From Candidatus Hodarchaeota archaeon (lineage in GTDB: Archaea; Asgardarchaeota; Lokiarchaeia; Sigyniarchaeales; SOKP01): DNA of 64,000 nucleotides. Both the position numbers and the translations under genes were made by a program. The stretch is taken from positions 32,001 through 96,000 of the forward strand of contig JBHLJY010000007.1 of NCBI GenBank assembly GCA_048887225.1, given 5' to 3'. Under the pieces are notes generated by a model. It was not told the origin of the DNA, did not search any database, and worked only from the letters and a program-made list of their open reading frames with translations. This document shows, one piece after another, positions 38,726 to 49,669 of this stretch. Position 1 is the stretch's first letter. Every line of letters starts with the position of its first letter.

Positions 38726-39529
38726 ATGAAATTTATTGATTTATCTATACCTATTATAAATCCAGATGAGATGATTTTTGATCCTCCAGCAACTCAACCT
38801 CACATCGATTATAGCGATCACGATATGGGAGCAGAGCAAATGATGGGTTTATTTATGAAAATTAACCCAAAAGAACATTTACCTAATGGAAAAGGATGGG
38901 CTACAGAATTAATTCAACTAAGTACTCACAGTGGTACACACATGGATGCACCTTGGCATTTTTCATCTATTCAAGATAAGGAAATTGGACAAAAGGTGGC
39001 GAAGACCATTGATGAGTTCCCTTTGGAATGGGGTATTGGACCTCTTATAGTAATAGATTGCACTGATTATGAAGATGGATATGTATTGAAACCAGTAGAT
39101 ATTGATAAAAAATTAGATAATATTAATCATAAATTAAAAGAGGGAGATATTATGTGTGTCCATACTAATGCTTCAAAATATGCTGGCACCAAGGAATATA
39201 CGAGCCGAGGGGCTGGGATTGGAAGAGAAGCAACGCTTCATATAATTAGACAAGGTGTTCATGTCGTAGGAACTGATGCCTGGAGCTGGGATGCCCCTTT
39301 TATGTATACTTCAAATAAATGGAAGAAAATGGTAAGAGCTAAAGCACCAGATCCCTCTATCATCTGGGAAGGACATTTTGCTGGTATAGAGCTTGGTTAT
39401 TTTCAGATGGAAAAAATGGTAAATTTAGATAAAGTACCACCCGTTGGGGCAACAATTTATTGCTTTCCAATAAAGATTGCTCGAGCGAGTGCTGGTTGGG
39501 TTCGAGCAGTAGCAACTGTTCTAGACTAA
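38726..39529 (+). CDS. Cyclase / kynurenine formamidase family metal hydrolase
   Basis: HSGTHMDAPWHF, VGTDAWSWD, EKMVNLD. Confidence 0.9.
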   Translation: MKFIDLSIPIINPDEMIFDPPATQPHIDYSDHDMGAEQMMGLFMKINPKEHLPNGKGWATELIQLSTHSGTHMDAPWHFSSIQDKEIGQKVAKTIDEFPLEWGIGPLIVIDCTDYEDGYVLKPVDIDKKLDNINHKLKEGDIMCVHTNASKYAGTKEYTSRGAGIGREATLHIIRQGVHVVGTDAWSWDAPFMYTSNKWKKMVRAKAPDPSIIWEGHFAGIELGYFQMEKMVNLDKVPPVGATIYCFPIKIARASAGWVRAVATVLD

Positions 39530-39599
39530 TCTTTGTAAAATAATTGAGCTTAAGAATTAATATTTATTTAAAACATATGTACTTTAATATATTGGATTC

Positions 39600-40703
39600 T
39601 TGATTATGACGAACAATAAAAAAATTGGTATAATTGTTGATAACGATTTTGCTTCCATGAATAATCCTCCTTATCCTCATCCTATGTTTGTTTCCTATGA
39701 GAATCCTAATCGAATTAAATTTATAATTAATTATTTCGATAAAATACATCTTTTTGAAGATGAAAGAATAATTAAACTGTCTCCTATGTTAATAAACGAA
39801 GAGATTATTGAATTAGGTCATTCAAGATATTATATTGATTCTATTAAGCGACTTTCAAATTACGGAGGCGGACTGTTAGGGGATGAAATCTTCATTACAA
39901 ATGATACGTTTTATTTAGCGAAAAAAGCTATCGGTGGAGCTATAAGTGCCGTTGAAAATGTAATTAAGCAAGAAGTAAATCAATCATTTGCTCTTATTAG
40001 ACCTCCTGGGCACCATGCTTTACGAGAAATGAGTTCTGGACTTAGTATTTTTAATAATATTGCGAGTACAGTTCTTTACTTGAGAAAGATTTTAAAATAT
40101 GAGAAAAAAATTGCTATAATAGATATAGACGATCACTTTGGAGATGGAATTGTTCAATATTTTTATAATGATCCGAGTGTACTCTATTTTTCTGTCCATG
40201 AGTTTGATTTTGTAGAGGGAGAATTAGGATTTCCTGATGAATTAGGCAAAGGTGAAGGACTTGGTAAAAGTATCAATTTTCCGATTCCAGTCGGTCTAAG
40301 TGATGGAGAATTCTTGGAATTTATGGACATTCTTGAACCTATTTTAAAAGAATATCAACCAGACCTTATCCTAATCGCTGCTGGATTTGATATGTATTTC
40401 GCTGATCCAGTTGGAAATTGCAATTTAACTAGCATATCTTATTTCAGATTCGCCGAAAAAATTTTAAAAATAGCAGAAAAAGTCTGTAAAGGCAAATTAT
40501 CGTTCATATTAGAAGGAGGATATGATTTAATAGGGTTGCCTTACTGCGTTCACTCTGTTATAAAAGCTCTATTAAATGAAAAATATGAACGCCCATTATT
40601 TGAAAATTTGGATTTCCAATATGAAACTAAAATGGATGAATTAATTAAAATTAAAAATTCCTTAAAGGAATTATTGAAAAATTATTGGAATTCAATAGAA
40701 TAA
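39600..40703 (+). CDS. Histone deacetylase (class I/II) superfamily protein
   Basis: ENPNR, RPPGHHA, FNN, DIDDHFGDG, AAGFD...DP, LEGGY. Confidence 0.92.
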   Translation: MIMTNNKKIGIIVDNDFASMNNPPYPHPMFVSYENPNRIKFIINYFDKIHLFEDERIIKLSPMLINEEIIELGHSRYYIDSIKRLSNYGGGLLGDEIFITNDTFYLAKKAIGGAISAVENVIKQEVNQSFALIRPPGHHALREMSSGLSIFNNIASTVLYLRKILKYEKKIAIIDIDDHFGDGIVQYFYNDPSVLYFSVHEFDFVEGELGFPDELGKGEGLGKSINFPIPVGLSDGEFLEFMDILEPILKEYQPDLILIAAGFDMYFADPVGNCNLTSISYFRFAEKILKIAEKVCKGKLSFILEGGYDLIGLPYCVHSVIKALLNEKYERPLFENLDFQYETKMDELIKIKNSLKELLKNYWNSIE

Positions 40704-40723
40704 TAAAAAAAATTTTTAATTTT

Positions 40724-41125
40724 TTATAAAAGGCTAGTTAATTTTAATGCGTAAGATTGTACAGCAAATAATGCATCTCTTGGTCCTACTTGAGGATTTA
40801 TATAACAGATTAAGGCGCCATTACCTCCGATAGGAACAGGAGCAATAATAATATGTCCCTGACCGGTAATATTTGTCCCAATTTTTCTCTCTTCCGTGTT
40901 TTCCACGACCATGTATTTAATTCCTTGTATTGTTATACTTGTAATGCCTTTTTGACCTAGATCGGGATTATTTTGGATTAATTCATTAATAGGACCTAAA
41001 TCATTTGAAATATCCCAATTTTCGGTCTGTGTAACGAGTGAACCATCCAGACCGATTATAGCAACGCCATGAACATTTTGTTCCTCATCTAACAGATCGT
41101 TAATTAAACTCTCTATTGTTGACAT
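40724..41125 (-). CDS. Profilin (Asgard type)
   Basis: GVAIIG.DGSLVTQTENW, SITIQGIKYMVVENTEERKIGTNITGQGHII resemble Lokiarchaeal profilins. Confidence 0.88.
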   Translation of the reverse strand: MSTIESLINDLLDEEQNVHGVAIIGLDGSLVTQTENWDISNDLGPINELIQNNPDLGQKGITSITIQGIKYMVVENTEERKIGTNITGQGHIIIAPVPIGGNGALICYINPQVGPRDALFAVQSYALKLTSLL

Positions 41126-41225
41126 TTTTTACAAAACATTTTATTATAATCTTATTATATGTAATACAACTAAAATTTATATTTAAATACTTTTCATATA
41201 AAGTGGTGACAAAATTATTTTTAGA

Positions 41226-41765
41226 TTGATGAAGAAAGCTGTAAAAATGACACTTCGGGAGAAAAAAATGTTTGTCGTTTTTATGCTTATATATACAATA
41301 TTAATTTTTTTAACAAGTTTTTTTATTCAGATAGCAACAACTCCTAATGGTGGTGGCGGAGAACTTACAACTTTTTTTATAATAATTTTCTTTTCTACAT
41401 CGCTAGTTCTTTCTCTTTTATATGCATGGATAATTGTTGCCAGAAATAGAAGAACATTTGCAACATTAAAGTGTATAGGTTGGACCAATGGAAATATTAA
41501 TAGGTTAGTTACAGGAATTATTTTATATACGACTCTTATGGGTTTTATCATTGTAATAGAAGTGTTATTTCATTATGCGGCTATAGTTACATACCTGCAA
41601 TCAGCAAATATATCAGCAAACATACCTGCAATATTAATTAGCTTAGTTCCAGTTGCTTTAACATTTGTAGTTTTTTTAGTTGTTCAATTAGTCGCAATTC
41701 TTTTAGCAAATAGGAAAGTTTTAAAGGTAAGACCAATGTTAGCACTAAAAAGGGTAGGTGAATAA
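41226..41765 (+). CDS. Minimal FtsX/MacB-like ABC permease (four TM)
   Basis: RNRRTFATLKCIGWT..I and LKVRPMLALK motifs; overlaps the ATPase gene. Confidence 0.8.
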   Translation: MMKKAVKMTLREKKMFVVFMLIYTILIFLTSFFIQIATTPNGGGGELTTFFIIIFFSTSLVLSLLYAWIIVARNRRTFATLKCIGWTNGNINRLVTGIILYTTLMGFIIVIEVLFHYAAIVTYLQSANISANIPAILISLVPVALTFVVFLVVQLVAILLANRKVLKVRPMLALKRVGE

Positions 41766-42453
41766 AAAGATGCCAGTAGTTAAAGACGTTATAATTGATG
41801 CTATTGATGTAAATAAAGAATATAGACGAGCTGGGGCAATAATAAGAGCGTTAGTAGATATTAATCTTACAATTAAATCGGGTGAATTTGTTATAATTCA
41901 AGGACCAACTGGATGCGGAAAGTCAACATTACTTAATGTGTTATCAGGTTTGGATTTACCAGACTCAGGTAAAATAATTTTTGATGGTGAAAATATAGCA
42001 AGGGCTACGGAAACACGCTTAGCTAAAATTAGACGTCAAAAAGTTGGTATGGTTTTTCAAGACTTCAATCTAATTAAAACTCTGACAGCAATGGAAAATG
42101 TCGAATCAATGTTATGGCCTACAGTATTAAGTAATAAGGAGATCGAAAATAGAGGTATTGTAGCTCTACGAGATGTAAATATGCTTGAAAGAAAAGACCA
42201 TTTCCCTGTTGAAATGAGTGGAGGCGAAAAACAACGGGTAGCAATTGCAAGAGCAATAGTGGGGAAACCGAGAGTCGTCTTCGCTGACGAGCCCTCGGGT
42301 AATTTAGATCCTGATTCAGAAAATCAAATTATGGAACTTTTAAAAAATATAAATCGCGATTATGAAACAACAATTCTATGTGTTTCACATCGAGATTCCG
42401 TAGCTAAACATGGTGATAGAATAGTTAAAATGGATAACGGAAAAATTATTTAA
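41758..42453 (+). CDS. ABC ATP-binding protein (LolD/MacB family)
   Basis: GPTGCGKST, VFQDFNL, MSGGEKQRVAIARA, ADEPSGNLD. Confidence 0.93.
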   Translation: MNKKMPVVKDVIIDAIDVNKEYRRAGAIIRALVDINLTIKSGEFVIIQGPTGCGKSTLLNVLSGLDLPDSGKIIFDGENIARATETRLAKIRRQKVGMVFQDFNLIKTLTAMENVESMLWPTVLSNKEIENRGIVALRDVNMLERKDHFPVEMSGGEKQRVAIARAIVGKPRVVFADEPSGNLDPDSENQIMELLKNINRDYETTILCVSHRDSVAKHGDRIVKMDNGKII

Positions 42454-42629
42454 GTTAAATATTAAAAATTTCTTTTAATTTTTTTTGAGTTTTTGTCGTT
42501 TTGATAATTATTGGACTAAAGATCATTTTAATACTAGTAATTTTGATTTAATCAAGATAAATATAAATATCTTAAGAATATAAAAATATTATAAAATTAA
42601 ATAATAAGATAAATAAAGAGGTTTTAAAT

Positions 42630-43268
42630 ATCGGATTTTTACGGATTTTTGGATCGGGCATCGTTGGAATGATATTAATGATTCCAATAGCTTATATTTG
42701 TTTTGTTTCATTTGATACGCTAAGCTTAATTACTGGCGGTTTAATTCAAAATATACTTGGGTTGGTAAGTGGTTATGGAGAAATTGTTATGTTTATTTTC
42801 GGTGCGTTCTTAGGAGTAGGTTTAGTTTGTATATTTCCGATTCATTGGGCTCTTATAAATCATCCTGATAATATATTGTTATTATTAGCACTTGTACTTC
42901 CTTGGATTATTACTTGCTCTATAGCTTCGTTTTTGTTTGCTCATAGTCCCCGAGGAGGTATACATACGAGTTTAGCTATTGGACTTGGCTATTTCATTCT
43001 GATGACGATTCCTTACCTTCTATTCTCGTTTTTTTTAAGTCAAGCTGGTCTTGCAGGAGTTAGTATAATTGATGGTATCACAATAGGATTAACTGGGATG
43101 CCATGGGTACTTTCAGCTCTTACTGCTACAATGGAAGGAGCTGGCATTGGAGCAGTTTTTGGAGCGCTTGTTGGTAGTTTTAAATATAAACCAGAAGGAA
43201 AAGAAAAAAAGAAGTCAAAAAAATCTAAAAAAGAGTTAGAATCCATAGTGGAGCCCACTTTTGATTAA
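42630..43268 (+). CDS. Gly-rich multi-TM membrane protein
   Basis: Hydrophobic ORF; the first TM extends upstream to an ATC at 42630 preceded by GAGGT. Confidence 0.65.
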   Translation: MGFLRIFGSGIVGMILMIPIAYICFVSFDTLSLITGGLIQNILGLVSGYGEIVMFIFGAFLGVGLVCIFPIHWALINHPDNILLLLALVLPWIITCSIASFLFAHSPRGGIHTSLAIGLGYFILMTIPYLLFSFFLSQAGLAGVSIIDGITIGLTGMPWVLSALTATMEGAGIGAVFGALVGSFKYKPEGKEKKKSKKSKKELESIVEPTFD

Positions 43269-43483
43269 TAATTTAGTATAACTGCTACAACCAAATTTAT
43301 TGATGAATATTACACCAATTATGGAGAAAAACTAATTCTAGGAAATGACTTCTTACTAATTGTGGAGCTAAAAGAAAGTAATTTGTTTATCTTAAGAAAA
43401 GTTATTAAATTTTTAAATTTTAAAAATAAATATATTTTATATAAGAAAAATAGGTATAAAAATTAAGTTAGAGATGGCATATT

Positions 43484-44509
43484 ATGCCTAAGGAAATTAG
43501 AGGTATTATCGTAAGTCGATTAGTTGTTTTAATATCTATAATAGTGCTTCCAATAATTATATTTTTGATTTTTATTTTTGCGGATTTTAAACTTTGGTTT
43601 TCTGACAATCTGGCTTTAAATTTTTGGATAATAAAAATTCTCTGTCCTTTAATATTTAGCATATCATGGATTTTTTTTTTAATTCTATTTTCAACAAGAT
43701 TTTCAATAGCTATTGAATCTATGGATAAAACCGTTGCGGTTGTTCCTATTAGATTGAAACTATTTTTTGGAGCAAATGCGCTCTTTATTCTTTTTATATT
43801 TGTGTTTCCAATAATCACACCAATAATATCTGTTTTAAGTTTCTGCAGTATAGCTTGGAGGTTAACTTTTAGAAAGGAAGCATGGGAGGAACAAAAAACT
43901 CCCATGTTCACAAAGATTTTAATGGTAATTTTTTCAGTACTGCCAATCATTTGTTCAATAATCATATTACCACAATATTTAATTTTAGCACTCTTCTTAT
44001 GGGAGGATTTATGGGTTCCTCTATTGCCTTATCTTTTTAAAATTTCATACGCAATATATACAGCATTGGCAATTGGTTCATTATTTTTCTTGATTGCAAA
44101 TAGAGGTATTAGTGAATATGAACAAATCTTTGCTGAGCCTAAATCAGAAGCAACAATTTGGTATATTAGAATTCTTGAACTATTTTTATTTATTTTCTTT
44201 TTGTTTTTAGAAGGATTTTTTACTGGATTTCAAAGATTTGAAATCATTGATTTATTCTATTATAGCGGTTTTTTCATTGGAATCATCGTAGCTTTTATTA
44301 ATTTTATTAACGGTAAAAGGAAAGACGTTAGTTTTAAAAGTTATTTTTTCGGGTATCTTTTAGCAGGAGTTTTTATGGGAGCAAATCTGCTTATATTTAA
44401 TGCCGAATTATCATTTTGGATTCAAATGTGGAGTTTGATAATTTCTGCTGTTTTATTCATTTTTATCTTCTTTTTTACGTTTATACGAGTAGAAGAATCT
44501 GAATTTTAG
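43484..44509 (+). CDS. Polytopic membrane protein of unknown function
   Basis: About 10 hydrophobic segments. Confidence 0.7.
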   Translation: MPKEIRGIIVSRLVVLISIIVLPIIIFLIFIFADFKLWFSDNLALNFWIIKILCPLIFSISWIFFLILFSTRFSIAIESMDKTVAVVPIRLKLFFGANALFILFIFVFPIITPIISVLSFCSIAWRLTFRKEAWEEQKTPMFTKILMVIFSVLPIICSIIILPQYLILALFLWEDLWVPLLPYLFKISYAIYTALAIGSLFFLIANRGISEYEQIFAEPKSEATIWYIRILELFLFIFFLFLEGFFTGFQRFEIIDLFYYSGFFIGIIVAFINFINGKRKDVSFKSYFFGYLLAGVFMGANLLIFNAELSFWIQMWSLIISAVLFIFIFFFTFIRVEESEF

Positions 44510-44819
44510 TACTAATAATTAATAATTCTTTTTTTTTAAGCTTTTATCTTTCTAATCAATAATTAGAAAGATTTATTTTTTATATTTAGAAGAGAGAGGT
44601 GACCACTTTAACTATGGTAAATTTTTTCTTTAAAATATAATTTAAGTGAAAAATTGAGATTTATATTAATAATTGAACTATATATAGTTAAGCTATTAAC
44701 TATAATTCAAAGAATTTAAAGATTCTACTGCAATCGAACAATAATTATTATATAGTTGATTTAAAATTATAAATTTAAGAATATTTATTTTTTAAAACTT
44801 GTTTATAAGAAAAGATGTG

Positions 44820-47006
44820 ATGAAAGAAATGAATTTTAAGGCTTTAATGATTATTGCATTTTTCGTTGTTTCGATGATTTCAATTCCAACAATGGTTTTT
44901 GGACAAGAAGATGAAGACTCTGATGAAGAAGATCAGGCTGGTAATTTTAAGGATTTCCGTGGAGGTTTTGGTGGAATTTTTAGCGAGAACATGGGTTATG
45001 GTGGAGATTTAATTGGGAGATTGTTTGAAATTCTTCTTCTCGACGGAGTAGATCTTGAAGATGATGAAGAAGGAGATGGAATTTATGTATTATCTGCCAG
45101 TGATACAGAAACTTATACGGGCGAATATGATTTTGCAAAGGAAGGAGATACTGAGGAGATCCATTATTTACCATTTGTAGACTATTTAAGTCATAACGAA
45201 ACCTTCGGGACACAAAAATGGCATTCTCCTGACGGAATAAATGATTATAATGAAACTCATATAGACGGATTTGCCTATTGCAGAATTGAAAAATCGGGAG
45301 GATTCGATTATGATTTACTCGTTGGTGCTGCTCTCACTCTTATTATCTGGGACTATGATGGATCCTTTATTGAGGCTGCTCAAAAAGTGCTTTCTTGGGC
45401 AGAAAAATTCGATGAAGATGAGGATGATCCAGAAGTAATTGCTGAGGGAATTGAAGTATTGACATGGCTCTTAGTTCATATAAATGATATTTTTACTGGT
45501 GATGAATTATTTGTATTTAATCCAATTGTTTGGCAACAATTAGATATAACACCTTGGAATAGCAGTTTAGGGAAACCATCCGATTTCAATATTACTAAAA
45601 CTTGGTATGATACTGGTGATGATAATGAAATTGATGGTGATGACATAAAAATCAAAGATAAAACTTATCCTCCTATTGATGGTCAGGATATTTTAGATGA
45701 TTGGTTAGCTAATGCAACTGGTCCATTAAGAGATAGTTACATGCAGTGGTTATTGAATGATACTATTCCTGCTGAGGATGTGATAGAAACTATCTGGACT
45801 CAATTTTCATTTGATATTGCTCAATTATGGATGAAAGAGTTCTACATTGAAATAGATATGAGCAAAGTAGATGAAATTAACGACGATGATGATGTTGAGG
45901 AAGTTTTTGGTGGATGTGAAATCGAATTTTTTCTCTTCACACATCATTTAGCTGGCGTTTTTCTATATAATGATGATAATGAGGATGAAAAAATTACGGT
46001 TGCATATGATTATCTCAGAAACGAATCCGCAGATTTAGGGCCTGATGGGAAGCATCCAATAATATATACGAATGGAACAGCAGCAATGATACCCACCTCT
46101 AACGAAGTTACCCATCAATTAATATTAGGAACTGTCGGGGGGTTTAGTTTTGATGAACCAGATGTTAAGGATGATACTGTAAAATGGGGATTAAGCTTGA
46201 GCAATGCAAATGTTTCGGCTGTACCAGTGGGTGTCGATCTAAATTCTTATCTTAATGCACCTCAGGAACAACTTGATACAATATTTTTTGGTTTAGAATT
46301 TGAAACCGATATGGAAGATCCTGATGATGAAGGTGAAATAGAAGCAGAAGGAAAATTAAAACTAGATACTTACTGGGCTGAATGGAATGATGGGAATGGC
46401 CCTAATAACCAAGATGTCGAGCAATATGCATTAGATATGGCAATCATCTATGTATCAACCGTTTTACACTTTGAACTAGACATGGATAAGGATGATGAAC
46501 CTGATGATCCTGATGATGAGTATTTGGATGAACAAGATTACTCCTCAACAACACATACTTTAAAAGTTGGAGATTATATTGAAGAAGATGCTGAGGATAA
46601 GCTTGATTTTGTCGACATTGCTGGTCCATATTATTCTCTTATCAATAGTAGTGGGAGTAATATTATTGATCAAGCAACTACAAGTATTATCCCTGTTGCA
46701 TTATGGGAAGGAGAACACGTTTCGCATGGTAAATATGCAGGTGAAGAAGAAACACCCGAGGATGAAAATTCTAGTGATATTGATACTGTAATAAATGCTA
46801 AATGGAGTATCGTTCTCTATGCTGTTTGTTATCCTGGCTTTAATGGTACAGGTATGGGTATCTTGCATGACCCTATTTTCAATGTTTACATGGTTTTTAC
46901 ACCTGAAACTGCTGGTTTCTGGGCTTTAATTCTTTTAATAGCTGGCATCGGATTGGCAGGAGTAGCAACGATTTTAATTAAAAGAAGAAAGGATAGGAAA
47001 TTCTAA
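44820..47006 (+). CDS. Large acidic secreted/cell-surface glycoprotein with a C-terminal membrane anchor
   Basis: N-terminal signal peptide, Asp/Glu-rich body, many N-x-S/T sequons, C-terminal TM plus KRRKDRKF. Confidence 0.75.
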   Translation: MKEMNFKALMIIAFFVVSMISIPTMVFGQEDEDSDEEDQAGNFKDFRGGFGGIFSENMGYGGDLIGRLFEILLLDGVDLEDDEEGDGIYVLSASDTETYTGEYDFAKEGDTEEIHYLPFVDYLSHNETFGTQKWHSPDGINDYNETHIDGFAYCRIEKSGGFDYDLLVGAALTLIIWDYDGSFIEAAQKVLSWAEKFDEDEDDPEVIAEGIEVLTWLLVHINDIFTGDELFVFNPIVWQQLDITPWNSSLGKPSDFNITKTWYDTGDDNEIDGDDIKIKDKTYPPIDGQDILDDWLANATGPLRDSYMQWLLNDTIPAEDVIETIWTQFSFDIAQLWMKEFYIEIDMSKVDEINDDDDVEEVFGGCEIEFFLFTHHLAGVFLYNDDNEDEKITVAYDYLRNESADLGPDGKHPIIYTNGTAAMIPTSNEVTHQLILGTVGGFSFDEPDVKDDTVKWGLSLSNANVSAVPVGVDLNSYLNAPQEQLDTIFFGLEFETDMEDPDDEGEIEAEGKLKLDTYWAEWNDGNGPNNQDVEQYALDMAIIYVSTVLHFELDMDKDDEPDDPDDEYLDEQDYSSTTHTLKVGDYIEEDAEDKLDFVDIAGPYYSLINSSGSNIIDQATTSIIPVALWEGEHVSHGKYAGEEETPEDENSSDIDTVINAKWSIVLYAVCYPGFNGTGMGILHDPIFNVYMVFTPETAGFWALILLIAGIGLAGVATILIKRRKDRKF

Positions 47007-47277
47007 ATCTAATACAATATTTTTTTAAATTTTTTTTTAATTTTAATTTTTAACTTAAGAATTCTACTCTATTATTAATTATATTGTTTTTTAATGTAAA
47101 TAAAAACCTATTTTCAAGAGATTTATCATTAGGAACAATTTTAAGTGTTTTACAACAAAGACTTGCGATATATATTTAAATTTTATAAAATATTTATACA
47201 AAAAATACTTAAATTTTTGATAATAAAAGACTTTTTTTAAAGAACTTAGAAATAATTATTGAAGAGGTTTCTCAAAT

Positions 47278-49068
47278 ATGAGTCCAATTAAAATGGACGA
47301 TACTTATCAAGTAAATGAGAACAAGCGATGGTTTCAAAAATGGTGGCCAGAAAATGTGCCGAAAAATGTAACTTTTAAAGAAATGACAATGAATGATATG
47401 TTAGACGAACAAGTAGAAAAATATAGGCGCGATAATTTTATCTATTTTTTAGAAACTTGGATGACCTATGGAGAATTTCATCAATATGTTTTAGCATTGG
47501 CTACGGCTCTGGCTAATTTAGGTGTTAAAAAAGGTGATGTTGTTGCATTTCATTTACCAAATTGCTTCCAATATATTATTAGTTATTTTGCCACAACAAG
47601 AATAGGTGCTATTTCTTCTGGTATAAATCCTACATATCAACCTTTGGAAATTCTTCATCAATTAGACATTATTAAACCTAAAGTTTTAATCGTGTTAGAT
47701 GCATTGTACGAAAATTACATCATGCCAATAATAGCCAAATCAAGAATAGAAAAACTAATTTACACTAATGTTGCGGATATGGCGCATGGATTAGGGATTA
47801 AAAGAGCTCTCGGAAAACTTTTAAAAAAGATACCTAAAGGAAAAGTAGATCGCCCTGGGGCAATTAACTTTATGGATCTCTTAGATACTATACCAAACGT
47901 TCCTAAAGTGGATATAGACGTTAAAACTCATCCTGTAACTTACATAATGACGGGAGGGACGACTGGATTACCAAAAGCAGCAGTAATAACGCATTTTAAT
48001 GCTGTATCGAACGCTAAACAATGCATGTATTGGTTAGGAGGAGAAAAACCTGGTATTGGAAGTGTAGGGATACTGCCTTTATTCCACAGCTTTGCTCATA
48101 CTGTAATTATGAATGCCTCTATTGCGTTTGGAGGTTGGATCATGCTATTTCCAAGACCACCAACAGTAGAAGATTTATGCAAACTTATAGAAGAGATTCC
48201 TTGTCCAGAAGGTTTAGTGTATGCGGGAGCAGAAATTTTATTCAAAAATTTAGCAGAATTTAGAGCCATTAAAAAGTATCCAAAAGTTATGGGAAAATTA
48301 ATATTATGCGTATCTGGGGCAGGACCACTACACAGACCAGTTCGAGATGCGTTTATCAAAAATACTGGAGGAAATATTGTTGAAGGGTATGGATTGACCG
48401 AGACATCGCCCGTTGTGAGTGCAGGAAATCTGTTCAGTGAGAGCCCAATTGGCGTAATCGGTATGCCTGTCCCAGGAACTAAATGGGGTATCTGGCCCAT
48501 AGAGGACTTTTCTAAAGGTCCAATTTGCTTAGGCAACCCAGACGATACAAATTTCAGTGAGGAGCACTCAGGTGAGATATGTGTTTATGGTCCACAAGTA
48601 ATGTTAGAATACTTAAACGAGCCCAAAGAAACTGCTAAAACCATCAAAGAATATAAGGGGCAACTATGGCTTTTAACTGGAGATATCGGATTTATGAATG
48701 AAGATGGGACAATCGAAATTAGAGACCGAAAGAAACAACTTATTAAATATAAAGGTTATTCTGTGTATCCCAAAGAAGTAGAGGAGCTTCTAATGAAGCA
48801 TCCAGAAATTTCTGAGGCTGCTGTAGCTGGTCTACCGCATGAAGAATTTGGAGAGGCTGTAAAAGCTTGGGTTGAAGTTATTTCAGGCTCTATGTTAACC
48901 CCTGATGATATTAAAGCTTGGGCTGAACAGAACATGACACATTATAAAAGGCCACTTTACATCGAAATACTTGAAGAGGTTCCTAAAAATTTGATAGGAA
49001 AAGTTCAAAGAAGGATTTTACAAATTAATGACCCTCTTTGGAGAGCAAAGTATGGAGATACTCAGTAA
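47278..49068 (+). CDS. Long-chain fatty acid-CoA ligase
   Basis: TGGTTGLPK, EGYGLTETSP, TGDIG, DRKKQLI, GKVQRR. Confidence 0.92.
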   Translation: MSPIKMDDTYQVNENKRWFQKWWPENVPKNVTFKEMTMNDMLDEQVEKYRRDNFIYFLETWMTYGEFHQYVLALATALANLGVKKGDVVAFHLPNCFQYIISYFATTRIGAISSGINPTYQPLEILHQLDIIKPKVLIVLDALYENYIMPIIAKSRIEKLIYTNVADMAHGLGIKRALGKLLKKIPKGKVDRPGAINFMDLLDTIPNVPKVDIDVKTHPVTYIMTGGTTGLPKAAVITHFNAVSNAKQCMYWLGGEKPGIGSVGILPLFHSFAHTVIMNASIAFGGWIMLFPRPPTVEDLCKLIEEIPCPEGLVYAGAEILFKNLAEFRAIKKYPKVMGKLILCVSGAGPLHRPVRDAFIKNTGGNIVEGYGLTETSPVVSAGNLFSESPIGVIGMPVPGTKWGIWPIEDFSKGPICLGNPDDTNFSEEHSGEICVYGPQVMLEYLNEPKETAKTIKEYKGQLWLLTGDIGFMNEDGTIEIRDRKKQLIKYKGYSVYPKEVEELLMKHPEISEAAVAGLPHEEFGEAVKAWVEVISGSMLTPDDIKAWAEQNMTHYKRPLYIEILEEVPKNLIGKVQRRILQINDPLWRAKYGDTQ

Positions 49069-49144
49069 AGTTGTATTATAATTATTATTTTATTCAAGTT
49101 TTATATTTTCTTTATTTCATAAGAGTTAAATCAATTATTAAAAA

Positions 49145-49669
49145 TTAGTAAAAACCTGAATCTTCCATCATTAATCTAGTTAATGCTTCGAAAGTTGTTT
49201 CTACATTCTCCCCTGTTTTCGCACTGCATTCTATAAATGCAGCAACATCCCTTGATTTGGCCATTTTTATACCCTCTTCACCTGTTACTTCTCGCTCGAC
49301 AGCAAGATCGGCTTTCCCACCGACTACAATTATTGGAAATAATTTATTCATTTCTTTTTGAATTACAAGCAACCAATCGTCAATATGAGCTAAAGATGAA
49401 TAATTTGTTATGTCGTACATAAAAATTCCTCCGGCTGCGCCTCTGACATAAGTTGGTAATATAAATCTAAATCTTTCTTCTCCACCAAAATCCCAAATTT
49501 GCAATTTAATTTTTTTATCATCAATTTCTAGACTCTTTACTTCAAATTCTACTCCAATAGTCATTCTGGAATCGGATTTAAAAAGATTAGTCATGTATCT
49601 CTGAGTTAATGTGGTTTTTCCAGTACCTGCATCACCAAAGATGACTATTTTATAAGTCGCGTCGTACAT
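49145..49669 (-). CDS. Rab-like small GTPase
   Basis: GDAGTGKT, TIGVEF, LQIWDFGGEERF, GGKAD, ECSAK. Confidence 0.93.
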   Translation of the reverse strand: MYDATYKIVIFGDAGTGKTTLTQRYMTNLFKSDSRMTIGVEFEVKSLEIDDKKIKLQIWDFGGEERFRFILPTYVRGAAGGIFMYDITNYSSLAHIDDWLLVIQKEMNKLFPIIVVGGKADLAVEREVTGEEGIKMAKSRDVAAFIECSAKTGENVETTFEALTRLMMEDSGFY

